Positions 23,461-36,420 of a DNA stretch of 64,000 bases are shown one piece after another. The stretch is from Camelus dromedarius (lineage: Eukaryota). How positions within the stretch are numbered: position 1 is the first letter of the stretch; each line of letters opens with the position of its first letter. A program made the position numbers and the translations under genes. The notes beneath the pieces were generated by a model. That model saw nothing but the letters and a program-made list of their open reading frames with translations. It was not told the origin of the DNA and searched no databases. The DNA is taken from contig NC_087472.1 of assembly GCF_036321535.1 (NCBI RefSeq), positions 94,366,001 through 94,430,000 of the forward strand, written 5' to 3'.

Positions 23461-25049
23461 AATGTATGGTGAAAGGTTATTCCCGTAAGTTGTAGCCACA
23501 AATAAAGGGAAGAAGTTCAAAGAGAATTGCTTGCAGTGATGAAAGTGTATGAAAAAGAGGACACTGGCTTTTCATTAACCATTTTGATGTCTGCTAATGG
23601 ATCAGATTCAATAATCTGCCTGTGTGTTTATCCAAGTAGAATAAAATGGAAAGTCATCAGGGTCTAAGGATAAGAGGCAATGAATCAGCCTGCATTACCC
23701 GTTTTGGATGGTAAGTGAACATCGGGTGCTGGGGCTCAAGCCATCTTGCTGGTATCTTTCCCAAGATGACTGCCAGGCCACAAGTCAAGGTGATTTTAGC
23801 AGTTCTAGGGAATGCCTCTGTGGCAGGAGCTAAGATTGGGGTTTGGAGTAAGTATAGGTGATTGAAGAGTAAAGCCAGAGCCAGATCATTAAGGGGTACT
23901 TGTGGGAACTATTCAAGTTACAAGCCCAAGTTAGGGACTGCAGCCAGTTAACACAGATTGTCTATTCAAGATTAATGGAAGGGCATATGTCTGAATAAAA
24001 GTCCATGATAGAGAACACGGAGACAAATTTAGGAAATCAAAAAGCAATACCGAAAGTACAAACAAAAAGGGGTGGAAACTTAACTGCTAACAGGTATCAA
24101 GGCTCAGGACCAACTGGGGACAGGAATGCCGGTGAATTTCCAGAACTGGTCCAAAAGTAATGAGTTCAAAGCTTGCTTCCCATCATTGTTTGGAGACTAG
24201 TCTGACAGAAAGACCAGCGTCTGACAAATTCCAGTGAGGTACTAAACATGAATCCAAACTGAACCGACAAAAATAGGGAGCCAAGGAACAGTGGATCAGG
24301 GAACCCTCTAAGGATGTATCCCACAAAAATGATTGCCTTTGAATCACTGCCACATATATCAGACAGCACTAGCCAAAGATGCTATACTAAGAAAGAAAGG
24401 GGTGGGTTGGGGGGATTATAACTAATACCAGTTAAATTAAAAGACCTTTTTCGCTTTCTCTTTCCTTCCTCCTTAAGCCAACTCTTTGGCCTCTGAAAAG
24501 AGTTGGAGGCGGGGTAGGAGATGTTCACAAGCCGGTCACACTCCCCTCAGCCACTATAAGCAGTAGAAGTCTCAGATCAAGCTTGCGCTGGGAAAGAAGA
24601 GAGGTGTTAAACTGAAAGTGCCTAAAAATGTCATTAAGAGAAAGAGCTATACATGATGTTTTATTGCAGACAGTAGCTGCTTCTATTCCCCTCAGTTAAG
24701 GTTCTTCAGTAAACAAGTTACTTAAATAATATGACTTTCTATCATTAAGCCTCAGGTAGCTCTTGTAGAATCCTGGGGCCCTGAAAGTACTGGTTTTGTA
24801 GGTTTATCATGATAATTAACTGCAAAGTTCCTAAAAAAGATGAAACAGCAAAGCAGGATCTCAGGATATAACCAGTATTACCGATGTTTCCGTCTTTTCA
24901 TGGGAGGACTGACCAGGAGACCATTTTGGATTTCTAATGTTTAAACAGAATTCTAGTAAACTGAGTTGCTCTGAATTACAGATTTGAGAGGTAGAGGCTT
25001 TCTAAGGCTTTCTACTTATTATCTATGAAAAGATGACTAGTATTTTAAC

Positions 25050-25260
25050 AGAATGTTAAAGTTTACAGATAATCATTAACGTGTATTACCCTTTTTTGAT
25101 TTTCATGACACCCTTCTGAAATAGAGGGTTACTTTTAGCAACTTCATTTTATAGATGATGAAAATGAAGCATAAATCTTTTAAAACTTGTTCAAAGTCAC
25201 AAAATTAGATTAATGTGATGTCTAGTGGTAACTCTAAATTCCCGACTCCTCATTAGATTG
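25050..25260 (-). mobile_element. MIR
   Basis: cattttatagatgatgaaaatgaagc...aacttgttcaaagtcaca. Confidence 0.6.
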
Positions 25261-26563
25261 CCAACATTTTGTATTTGTCATTAGATCTCTGAAAATGCAC
25301 ATACAAACACGATATGAATATAAAGATAGATATTATGTGACAACTAAATCATACAATAGATTACCATAAAGTACACAGGAAAATTAATGATTTTAAGTCA
25401 GAAAAAATTTTGTTGAACTTTCCTGGGAGACTTAAAATGTCCAAATGCATAAATGTAGAAAATGTGTACTTATCTAATTTGTGTATTGAAATAGGATAAA
25501 TAGCCCAAAGTGAAATATTTTAAAAGTCGCCTTCAGTTTCTTGTGAAAAAAAAAAGAAAGTATATCAACATTGTATTTAAAATTTAGAATTTTTATTAAG
25601 GGTGGCTGATCTAAGAGGTAAAATTAGATTATGGATAATTTCCATTAACTTCTGATTCCTGGAATACCTATAGGTTTCTTAAACCATGAACAATACAAAT
25701 TTAATTAAGCACCACATACCAAATATAAACCAGGTCTGGGTATCCTAGTGGTCATTGTCTTTTTGGACTGGACCATGGAATAATCAGCATGTAAGTCTGT
25801 GATTATTTTTCTCTTTTTCTCTTATTAAGCTTGGTTATCCTGGTTAAAATAACTATATGATTGATTCTTGCCTTGGCTTCTGGTTTTTTTCTATCGCACA
25901 TTTTCTCCATCAGTCAGTGAGAATAAGGGATGTTATATATGCCAGCAAAGTCTCATGATTATATTGCTTCAGCAAAATGTAATATTTATATGAGACTTGG
26001 AACATTCATTCTTCTGTGTGTGTGTAGATAGGTAGCTAGCTAGCTAGTAAGTAGGAGAGGAGACTTCAGACCCCAAAGACAGAAAAAAATCCCTTTTTTA
26101 ATAATACAGTGTACCTCACTCTGCTTAGTGAACTGTTCCTATTTTTGTTAGTTCAACTTGGATTAATGTCAAGAACTCCACTGAAATTTGTCAGACTCGG
26201 TGCAGGTCTTTTTTATCAGACTACACTCCAAACAGCGATGGGAAGCAAACTCTGAACTCTTCAGTACTCTTGGACCAATTCTGAAAAGTCACCACAGTGT
26301 TTCTGTCCCCATTTGGTACTGAGCCTTGATACCCTATACCAGTGAGTTTCCACCCCTCTGTTTGTAGCTGCAGTCTTGATATTTGATTTCTTGCCCAAAC
26401 TGTAGATTTGAGTGCAAGATGAATGTTGTTGTTTTAACATTTAACATGGGCAGCAATAGATAACTGGAATCGATTATTTTTAACCTGGAATTGTGGTGAT
26501 TCTTTAACAAAAGGTGAAGCATCTGATTTGGAGATGAGGCAATATACAAGGGTGGAGAGTCTT

Positions 26564-28680
26564 TGGTTTGTTTTTAATTGAAATATAGTTGATGTACAAT
26601 ATTATATAAGTTACAGGCATACAATATGGTGATTCACAGTTTTTAAATGTTATACTCCATTTATAGTTACTATAAGATACCAGCTGTATTTCCTGTGTTG
26701 TAGAATATATCCTTGTAGCTTATTTTGTACATAATAAGTTGTACCTCTTAATCCCCTACTCCTATGCCCCTCCCCACTTCCCTCTCCCTGCTAGTAACCA
26801 GTAGTTTGTTCTCTGTATCTGTGAGTTTGTTTCTTTTTTGTTATATTCACTAGTTTGTTATATTTTTTTTAGATTCCACACTTAGGTGATATCATGCAGT
26901 GTTTGCCTTTCTCCATCTGACTTAGTGTAATATGCTCCAAGTCCATCCATGTTGCTGCAAATGGCAAAATACTGTTCTTTTTATGGCTGAGTAGTATTCC
27001 ATTGTATATATATTTACCACATCTTCTTTATCCATTCTTCTATTGTTGGACACTTAGATTGCTTCCATATATTGGCTATTGTAAATAATGCTGCTGTGTA
27101 CGTTGGGATACATGTATCTTTCTGAATTGATGTTTTTGTTTTTTCTGAGCATATATCTAGAAGTGGAATTGCTGGGTTATATAATAGTTCTATTTTTAAT
27201 TTTTTGAGGAACCTCTATACTGTTTTCCACAGTGCTGCACTACTTTATATTTCTACCAACAATGTACAAGGGTTTCCTTTTCTCCTCATCCTTGCCAGCA
27301 TTTGTTATTTGTATTCTTTTAATGATAACCATTCTGACAGGTGTGAAGTGATATCTCATTGTGGTTTTGACTTGCATTTGCCTGATGATTAGCAATTTTG
27401 AGCATCTTTTTAAGTGTGCCTGTCGGCCATCTGCATGTCCTCTTTAGAAAAATGAAAAATGTCTGTTCATGTCTTCTTCCCATATTTTGATTGGGTTCAT
27501 TTTGTTTGTTTGTTTTTGATAAACTGTTTTTATGTTTGGATATTAACCCCTTATCAGTCACATCATTTGTAAATATTTTCTCTCATTCTATGGATTGTCT
27601 CTTCATTTTGTCAGTGGTTTCCTTTGCTGAACAAAGCTTTTAAATTTAGGTCCCATTTGTTTATTTCCTTTGCTTTAGGAGACAGGTCCAATCATATTGC
27701 TGCAATTTATGTCAAAGCGTGTTCTGCCTACATTTTCTTCTAGGAGTTTTATGGTTTCCAGTCTTACATTAAGGTCTTTAATCTATTTTGAGTTTACTTT
27801 TGTACATGGTGTTAGAAAATGTTCTAATTTCATTCTTTTACATGTAGTCATCCTTGTCTTGTTCCTGATCTTAGAGGAAAGGCTTTCAGGTTTTTCCCTT
27901 AAAGTTTGATGTTAGCTGTTTGTCATACATGGCCTTTATTATGTTGAGGTATGTTACCTCTATGCCCACTTTCTCGAGAGGTTTTTTTGTTTGTTTGTTT
28001 TAATCAGAAATGGATCTTGAATTTTGTCAAAAGCATTCTCTGCATCTATTGAAATGATCATTTGGTTTTTCTTCAATTTGCTAACGTGGTGTATCACAAT
28101 GATTGATTTGAGGAAACTGAAAAATCATTGCATCCCTGGGATAAATCCTATCTGATCATGATATCTAATCCTTTTAATGTATTGTGGGATTCTGTTGGCT
28201 AGTACTTTGTTGAAGATTTTTGCATCTATGTTCATCAGTGATACTGGCCTGTAATTTTCCTTTTCTGTGATATTTTTGTCTGGTTTTGATATCAGGGTAA
28301 GAGTGGCCTCATAGAATGAGCTTGGAAGTGTTCCTTCCTTGGAAAGTTTTTGGAATAGTTTGAGAAGGATAGGTGTTAACTCTTTTCTAAATGTTTGGTA
28401 GAATTCACCTGTGAAGCCATCTGGTCCTGAACTTTTATTTGTTGGGAATTTTTAAATTCCTGATTCAATTTCATTACTGGGAGTTGGTGTGTTTATATTT
28501 TCTATTTCTTCCTGGTTCAGTCTTGGGAAATTGTACATTTCTAAGAATTTGTGCACTTCATCTAGCTTGTTCATTTTATTGGCATATAGTTTTTCATAGT
28601 AGTCTCTTATGATCTTTTGTAATTCTGTGGTATCAGTTGCAATTTCTCCTTTTTCATTTCTGATTTTATTGATTTGTGCT
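26564..28680 (-). mobile_element. 5'-truncated L1 (ORF2 plus 3' UTR) with an internal deletion
   Basis: Clear L1 antisense sequence; TSD aagggtggaga(g/a)tctt at 26548-26563 and 28681-28696; discontinuity at ~27847. Confidence 0.92.
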
Positions 28681-28699
28681 AAGGGTGGAGAATCTTGAC

Positions 28700-30400
28700 T
28701 ACAGTGTTAGTGAAAGACTTAAAGGGCCTCAAATATGCCAGAAGAAAATGAAAATAACCTAGAGAATATCTCACTTTCAAATGAGGCCTCAGATGATTTC
28801 TACTTATAAAGTTTCAAGAAATATGAACTCATGTTAAAAAGAAATTTCAAAGTATAGAAAGAAGCAATCACCATGAACATGATTCAAAAGAAACAACAGC
28901 AAAATGAGAACAAATAATACAACAAACATTAGACTTATTGGCCATATATTGTAAGAAGAATAACTTAATAACTTTAGAGAAGTCAAAGGAAAGACTGAAA
29001 ATAAAAGTCAAAGACTGTAGTAAATATTACATGTATTTAAGAAAACCCCAAAAGTTCTGTTTCCAGTAATGGTAGACTGGTTAATTTGGACCAACTCTCT
29101 CACATAGAATAATACAAATTAGTACAGTTTTTAAATTTTATTGGTTTGAAAGCATTGAAGAATAACATGGAAAGCAGGAAATAAGAGAAACCTGAAAAGG
29201 TGAATTGAGGATTTGGGGATTTTTTTTCTTTCCTAGAGATACCTGACAAACAGAAGAGTCGGTGGCTAAGGAGCTGTGCAGTGCTTCTGATAGATTTTCA
29301 GGGCTGGGGAAACAAAAATTAAGATTTAGCATGCCATAAGAAAGTGCTTGAACTGTCTGGAAGGAAAAAAAATAAGTTTTCTCTTGAGAAAAAAAATATA
29401 CCAAACTAGGCTTAAAATCATTTCTTTTTTTTTTTTTCAATATATCATGTCCACCAATCAATTAAAAACTATCAAGCATACAAGTAAACAAAAAAATTAT
29501 TAAAATTAGAAGACACAACAGAAAAACAGAAACAGACTCAGAGGGAAACAGGCAATGGAATTAACAGGCATATAATTATTTCATTTTATTTTAATTTTCC
29601 CAAGCTTTATTGAGATATAATTGACATATAATATTGTGTAAGTTATGTGTTTTTTTAATACCATGCCCAATATGTTATGGAAATAATGAGAATAACAACT
29701 TTGGAAGTGATATGAAAATTATAAAAAGAGCATGATAAAAATTCTTGAACTGAAAAAAATCAATAATTGAAAAAAATTTAAAGTAATGTAGGGGGTTAAC
29801 TGCAGATTATATAGAGCTAAAGAGATCATTGGAGACTATTCAAAATGAAGCATAATGATAAAAAAAAAAAAGAATGAAAATATGGGAAATGGAATAATGG
29901 TCATATGAGGTATAATGGAAAAATTATTTATACTTGTAATTGGAGTCCCATAAACTGGGAAGAGAATGGGAAACAATATTTTAAAAGGAGAATTCATGAG
30001 AAATTTTCAAATGTCATAAAAGACATCAAGTCAGAAAACTCTAACAATTCCAGAAAATAAATATAAAAATCCACACCTTGCACATCATATAAAACTACCT
30101 AAAGCCAGTCATGGAGAAAAAATTCTAGAACAGCAGAGGAAAAAAAAATTACTTCACAGGAGTAACAGTAATACAACTGACTTTACACAGGTGAAAAATA
30201 AAGCCAGAGGACAATTAAAAAGTTTAAATCTGTAATTTGTATTTCTTCCCACAAGGAAAACTTCAGGCTGCAATGTCTTTGTTGTGAATTTTATCAAAGA
30301 TTTAGAGCAAATAAAGCCAAATTATTCTTAAAAATAGAAAAATTTCAAGTATAACTTTGGTGCAAAAACATATCAAGACATTAAAAGAAAGGAAAGTTGC
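28700..30400 (+). mobile_element. Old L1M 5'/ORF1 fragments
   Basis: aattcttgaactgaaaa, gtaattggagtccca, ccacaccttgcacatcat; A-rich L1 sense pattern. Confidence 0.6.
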
Positions 30401-30404
30401 AGAT

Positions 30405-32252
30405 CAAACACATAGGCTGGAAGTGACTGGATGGAAAAAAATTCCACGCCAATTGTAATCAAAAAAGAGCAGGGATGGCTATAATAGTATCAGACAAAAT
30501 AGACTTCAATACAAAGTATTACAAGAGACAAAAATAGACAATATATAAGGATAAAAGGGTCAATTGACTAAGGAGAATTAACAATTATAAATATGATACA
30601 CCAAACAGAAGAGCTCCTAAATATATGAGGCAAAATTTGATAAAACTGAAAGAGAGAGAAATAGCAACACAGTGATAGTGGGAGACCTCAGTATCCCACT
30701 TTCAGTAATAGATAGATCAACTGGACAAAAGATCAGTAAGGAAACAGGGGACTTAAACAGCACTATAGACTAATTGGACATAACAGACATACATACAGAA
30801 CGCTTCACCCAATAGCAGTGGAATATCCATTCTTTAATGCATATGAAACATTCTGTAGGATAGGCCACATGTTAGACTACAAAACAAGTCTCAACAAATT
30901 TTAAAAGATAGACATTATACAGAGTATCTTTTCTGATCACAGCAGAAGGAAATTAGAAAATAATTGCATAAGCAAAACTGAAAAAATCCACATCCGTGTA
31001 GAAATTAACATCATAAACAACCAATAAGTGAAAGAGTGAGTCACAATGGAAATTAGAAAACATCTTGAGACAAGTGAAAAGAAAAACACAACATACCAAA
31101 ACTTATGGAATGCAACAAAAGCAATATAGGTAGACCTTGAAGATATTGCATATTCAGTTCCAGACCACGACAATAAAGCAAATACCGCAAAAAAGCAAGT
31201 CGTGAAATTTTTGGTTTCCCAATGCATATAAAAGTTATATTTATGCTATGCTGTAGTCTGTTAAGTGTATAACAACATTATGTCTTAAAAGATATACATA
31301 CTTTAATTAAAAAATATTTTATAACTAAAAAATGCCAAAAGAATTACAATGGTAACATCAAAGATCACAGATCACCATAACAAATATAATTAATAATAAC
31401 AATGAAGTTTGAAGTATTGTAAGAATTATCAAAATGTGAAAGATATGAATGAGCAAATGCTTTTGGAAAAATGGTGCGAATAGACTTGCTTGATGCAGGG
31501 TTGTCACAACCCTTCAACTTTAGAAAAACACAGTATCTGCAAAGTAAAATAAAGCAAAGCCCAATAAAATGAGGTATGCCAGTACTAAGGAAAGTTTATA
31601 GCTGAAAATGTGTACATTTTATTATCTTTCAATTTTTTTATTGTGTACATTTTAAAAGAAGAAAGATCTCAAATTAACCTAATTTTACACCTCAAGGAAC
31701 TAGAAAAAGAAGAATATGCTAAACCAAAATCTAGTAAGGAACAAAATAATAAAGATTAGAGCAAAGATTAATGAAATAGAGAACAGAAAAGCAATTAAAA
31801 ATATCAGCTAAATTAAGAATTGATTTTTTCAAAAGGTCAACAAAGCCCAGATTAATTAAGGAAAAAAACCAACACTCAAATAACTAATATCAGAAATGAA
31901 AGAAGAGACATTACACCCAATGCCACAGAAATGAAAAGGATTCTAAGACAATACTATGAATAATTGTATGCTACTAAACTGGATAACCTTAGAAGAAACT
32001 GATAAATTTCTAGAAACATACAACTTACAAGACTGAATCATGAAAAGATAAAAAATCTGAACAGATCTATAACTAGTAAGAAGATAGAGTCAGTAATCAA
32101 AAACCTTCCCAAAAAGAAAAGCCCAGAATTAGGTGGTGTCACTGGTGAATTCCACCAAATATTTAAAGAAAAATTAACATTAGTACTTCCCAGACTCTTG
32201 CAAAACTTCAATGAGAAAGGGAATACTTCCAAACTCATTTCATGAGGCCAGC
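30405..32252 (+). mobile_element. L1 ORF2 endonuclease/linker region (decayed)
   Basis: atcagacaaaatagacttc, atagtgggagacctcagta (IVGD motif), ttttctgatcac (SDH motif), ggtgaattccaccaaatatttaaagaa. Confidence 0.9.
31127..31582 (-). mobile_element. Tigger1 internal-deletion derivative (TcMar-Tigger)
   Basis: Both Tigger1-like termini are present (gatattgca..ttccagaccacgacaataaagc; caataaaatgaggtatgccag) with a TA TSD, splitting the L1 sequence gca(a/g)ta|ctaag. Confidence 0.88.
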
Positions 32253-32659
32253 AAACAGACCTAAGAAGAGTCTGAGTAATTGCAAAGAAATCAACCTGCT
32301 GTTTAATAAAGCTCCTACAAAGGAAACGCTGGACCCAGGCAGTTTTATACTATTTTTGTTGTTTGTTTTTAATAAAGTTTCCAAGCTGGCTTTCAAATTT
32401 ATGTAGAAGAGCCAATTTCAAAGAATACATAAGATGCTTCTTAAGAAAAACATAGTAGGGGGTTATTTTATCAAATGTTAATTATTATTTGAAAGCAATC
32501 ATTAATTAGGATAACAGGATGTTTGTGCAGGGTTGGCAAAATGGAAGAACATTATTTTTTAAAAAGCCTTCGAATTAGAACCACCATTTATGAAAACTTA
32601 ATTTATGTCCAAACTGAAAGATTTTAATAAATAAGATAGAATACTTTAATTAGACATTG

Positions 32660-33880
32660 ATTGCTTTAAGTTTTTCAATTGCTGAAAGAACTCAACAGGA
32701 CTCAATCAGTTGTACTTACAGCTTTGTTAGAGGTAAAAGATACATCATAGCAACGGCAGGCCAAGCATATGCACTGAAGGGTCCAGAGACATCAAGAGCA
32801 GGCTTCTTTGTCCTCCCATCACTGGGTCCCAGAGGACATGCTTTGCCTCCAGATCTGAAACCACTACTGGCATGCATGCAGATGGAGAACAGCCTTAACC
32901 ATCAAAATCCCCAGGATCCTCTGAAATCAGATACAAATTAAAAAATCCAATCATTGTACAGCCACTATGGAAAACAGTATAGGGGTTCCTCAAAAAATTA
33001 AAAATAGAACTCCCATATGATCCAGCAATTCCACTCCTGGGTATTTATCCAAAGAAAACAAAAACACTAATTAGATAATATATATGCACCCCTGTGTTCA
33101 CTGCAGCATTATTTACAATAGCCAAGATATGAAAGCAACCTAAGTGTCTATCAGCAGATGAATAGATGAAGAAGCTGTGGTATATATACACAATGGAATA
33201 TTACTCTGCCATTAAAATGAATGAAATCTTGCCATTTGTGACAACATGGATGGACCTAGAGGGTATTACGCTAAGTGAAATAACTCAGACAGAGAAAGAC
33301 AAATACTGTATGTTTTCACTTGTATAAGGAATGTTAAAAAAACAAACAGGTATAACAAAACAGAAACAGACTCACAGATACAGAGAACAAACTAGTGATT
33401 GCCATAGGAGTGGGGTGTGGGAGAATGGATGAAATAAGTAAAAGGGATTAAGAGATACTAACTACCAGTTATAAAATAAGTGAGTTACAGGGATATAATG
33501 TACAGCTCAAAGAATATAGTCAATAATATTGTATTAACTTTGTTGGTGTATAACCTGTGAAAACATTGAATTGCTATGTTGTATACCTCAAATGATTATA
33601 ATATTGTAAGTAAGTCAGCTCTTTTTTAATTTTTTAAAATCCAATCATTGTTATTAAACAATGCTGATGGGCTAGTTATGTCCTACCGTGAAACGATTCA
33701 TGTACTCATGGTTGCAGAATATAGTGTCTGTCTAGTTCCTGTATTCCATAGCTTTGCCCAAGAGTCATTACCAGGCTTCAGGGTTGCCTGGATGAAGTAT
33801 GTGGTCAATCTAGTCCTGCTGAGATTAACTCATGCTATACATGAAGTGAGAAAAACATATTACCTATAGGGAGAAGCATG
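32660..33880. mobile_element. MER21/MER77-like LTR, split by an L1
   Basis: gaaagaactcaacaggactcaatcagttgtacttac...aaagatacatcatagcaac motif; right boundary uncertain. Confidence 0.5.
32958..33635 (+). mobile_element. L1 3' end (ORF2 C-terminus plus 3' UTR)
   Basis: gatccagcaattccactcctgggtatttatcc; perfect 16-bp TSD aaaatccaatcattgt at 32942-32957 and 33636-33651. Confidence 0.92.
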
Positions 33881-33899
33881 GGAACTAAACTTGTACATA

Positions 33900-35470
33900 A
33901 TGGATAAACTCATTTTCTGTATTAGAAAACAACATAAGAGAAAACAACACAACTTTATGACAGCTGGGAAGAGGAAAATTTTTGAAAGTAAACACAGAAA
34001 GCATAAAAAGCATTTATAAAAAGGACTGATAATGTTTACTACTTTAAAATTAAGAAGTATCTTTTATCTCACTGTATATTTTTTAAAAGGGGGGAATTTG
34101 TCTCAAGTGAAGAAAAACTAACATACATAACTGATAAATCATTAGTATTCACAATAGAAAAACAGAACTCCTAAAATAAGTAAAAGGTAAACAACCCAAT
34201 AGAAAAAATATACGGGAAAATTTTGAACAGAAAATTCCAGTTGAGAAATCTAAATAAACACCACGTATATGAAAAAATGCTTAACTTCATTAAAAGTCAA
34301 AGAAATAAGATTTTAAAACACGATGAATTATAGTTTCACATTTAATAGATTCAAAAGGAAATGAGGGGAGAAAGAAAGAAAGAAGAGCGAGGCAATATTG
34401 TTACTGAATTGGTCATATGGACTCCAACTTGGGACCTAGCCTGGCTGAGGCCTCCTGCCTCGGTGGGGAAGGCTCTTCCTGTTCAGATTCACACAGCCAA
34501 TGACGAAATGGATGCTAATGCTGAAATAGCATAAGCTTTATTCAATGGCCAGAGAATGGAGAAGCAGGAACTTTCTCAAGGCAGGGGTGGGGGCAATTAA
34601 GGCAAGATTTTAAAGGCAAGGTTAATGAGAGGGAGGCATACGTATTGGTTTTCTGAGAAAAGGCTGGGTTCTTCCTGGAACCAGGGTCCCACCTCTTTTC
34701 TGCCCTTCTATAGTCCTTTGGCATCTGGATGGGAAGAGGGTCAGACCATCATGGTACAACCGGTGCATCTATTGTAATGAGATGGTAATAAGCTACAAGG
34801 CAACCTTTGTCCCACTTTGGGAGCTGAACTAGCTTGCACCAGTGGTCTTGTGGCTAGATTCTCTTGTTCCTGCAATGTAAACACAGCTAGAGGATATGGT
34901 TAGTTTGGATTTTCTGCATGTTTACCCTAAGGGAAGAGCAGGGGTATGGTTCTGGGACCACAGCCTTAGTAACAGTATCAGGCATGAGTGTGCATGAATG
35001 TGGTCCAGTTGGAATTGACAGTTCAAGGTGAAGCATAAATTGGTATAAACACTGGGATATGCACAACCTAGGAATTTACTCCTGGGTAATAATCTTAGAG
35101 AAACGGTTATACAGGCACATCAGGAGATGTGTAAAATGATGTTCTGAGCAGCATTGTTCATAACAGAAAAGAGGTGAGAAGAATTGGAAACATGCAAATG
35201 CATATCATTCATATAATAGACCAATTAATTTTGGTCTGCTCATTCAGCACACTACTCGGTCACATAATCAATTGAGCTACTGCTAAACATAACTACACAG
35301 ATGAATACCAAACATATAATCTGAGTGAAGGGAGCAAATCACAGAAGAATATTCCATTTATAGAAAAATCAGAGGCTGGCGAATTTAAACAATGTATTAT
35401 TGTTGAGTACTACATGCGTAGAGGCAACCACTATAAAGAAAAACACGTTTATGATTATTACAATGCATCA
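33900..35470 (+). mobile_element. L1ME-like ORF2/3' fragments, split by an LTR
   Basis: aacaacccaatagaaaaa, atgaaaaaatgcttaacttcat, gcagcattgttcataacag. Confidence 0.65.
34399..34974 (-). mobile_element. ERV1-type solo LTR
   Basis: Perfect 7-bp inverted termini tgttact...agtaaca; 4-bp flanks atat/gtat; antisense polyA signal (ctttattc). Confidence 0.8.
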
Positions 35471-35499
35471 TCTTTAAAAATACTCCACAGGAAGGATTT

Positions 35500-36270
35500 A
35501 AGTAAAACTTCCTTCTCTCTCTCTGTCTTCCCATCTGCTACCCTGATATGTTTAATCATCAAGTCTAGTTGACTCTTCCTGTACATCTCTGGAATCAACC
35601 CAGATCTCCTCCTCTTGACTGGTCCCATCCTAATACAGATCACCACATTACCTGCCTGTGTAATTTAAGCAAGTTCTTAATACTTGTCCCTTCCTTTGGT
35701 TTAGCCCCTTTCCTGTCCATCCCTCCCAATGCTGCCAGAGGGCTTCTTCTAAAATGCACATCTGATCTTTTATCCCTATAATGAATCCTCATCATTCTTA
35801 GGATAAATACACGCACCTTACCATGGCTAAGAAATTCCTGAATGATTTGGCCTTTTATCTCTTTTGTTCTTTTTTCTCAATCCCCACTTGTCCCTTCCTC
35901 TCCACTCTTGCGTGTCTTCTGTCCTAGTCTCTCTGATTGAAACATTCCCATTTCAAATCCTTCTTTCCTGGCTTATGCTTCTCTATCTTCCCCACCTCAA
36001 AGTGGATGTCACCTCCTCCAGGAAGTTTTCCCTAACTCAGCAAGACTCTTTTGAGTGTCTAGTTCATAAAAGCATGTTCATTATAAACTGTTCTTCCCAC
36101 ATGATAAACTTTTCACACTGCATTTGTCAGGGTTCTTCACTAAACTATGAGTTTTATGAGCACAGCCATCATGTCTGCTTTGCCCTAGTCATGTACTGAA
36201 TTCCCGCTATCTAAAATTGTGAGCAGCACATAATAAATATACATTAATTGTTTATGAATGAATAAAATTA
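35500..36270 (+). mobile_element. L2 3' region
   Basis: gctgccagagggcttcttctaaaatgcacatctgatc, gtcacctcctccaggaagttttccct, ending tgtttatgaatgaataaa. Confidence 0.8.
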
Positions 36271-36279
36271 ATTATTTGA

Positions 36280-36420
36280 GCTGAATACAAGTGGTTTGAT
36301 TTCAGTTGCTTCTCAGAAATATATATCTGGTGTAAATTTCTTTTAACTTCTTTGGGCCCCAGTTTCTGCCCTGTAAAATGACACATCTGTCCTTTTCATA
36401 GGTAATGAACTGCCTTGAGT
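36280..36420 (+). mobile_element. MIR
   Basis: ttaacttctttgggccccagtttctgccctgtaaaatg. Confidence 0.6.

Noticed and set aside
26140..26345. Possible + strand coding exon after ttttgttag
   Set aside because: All three frames hit a stop within ~130 nt and no peptide is recognised.
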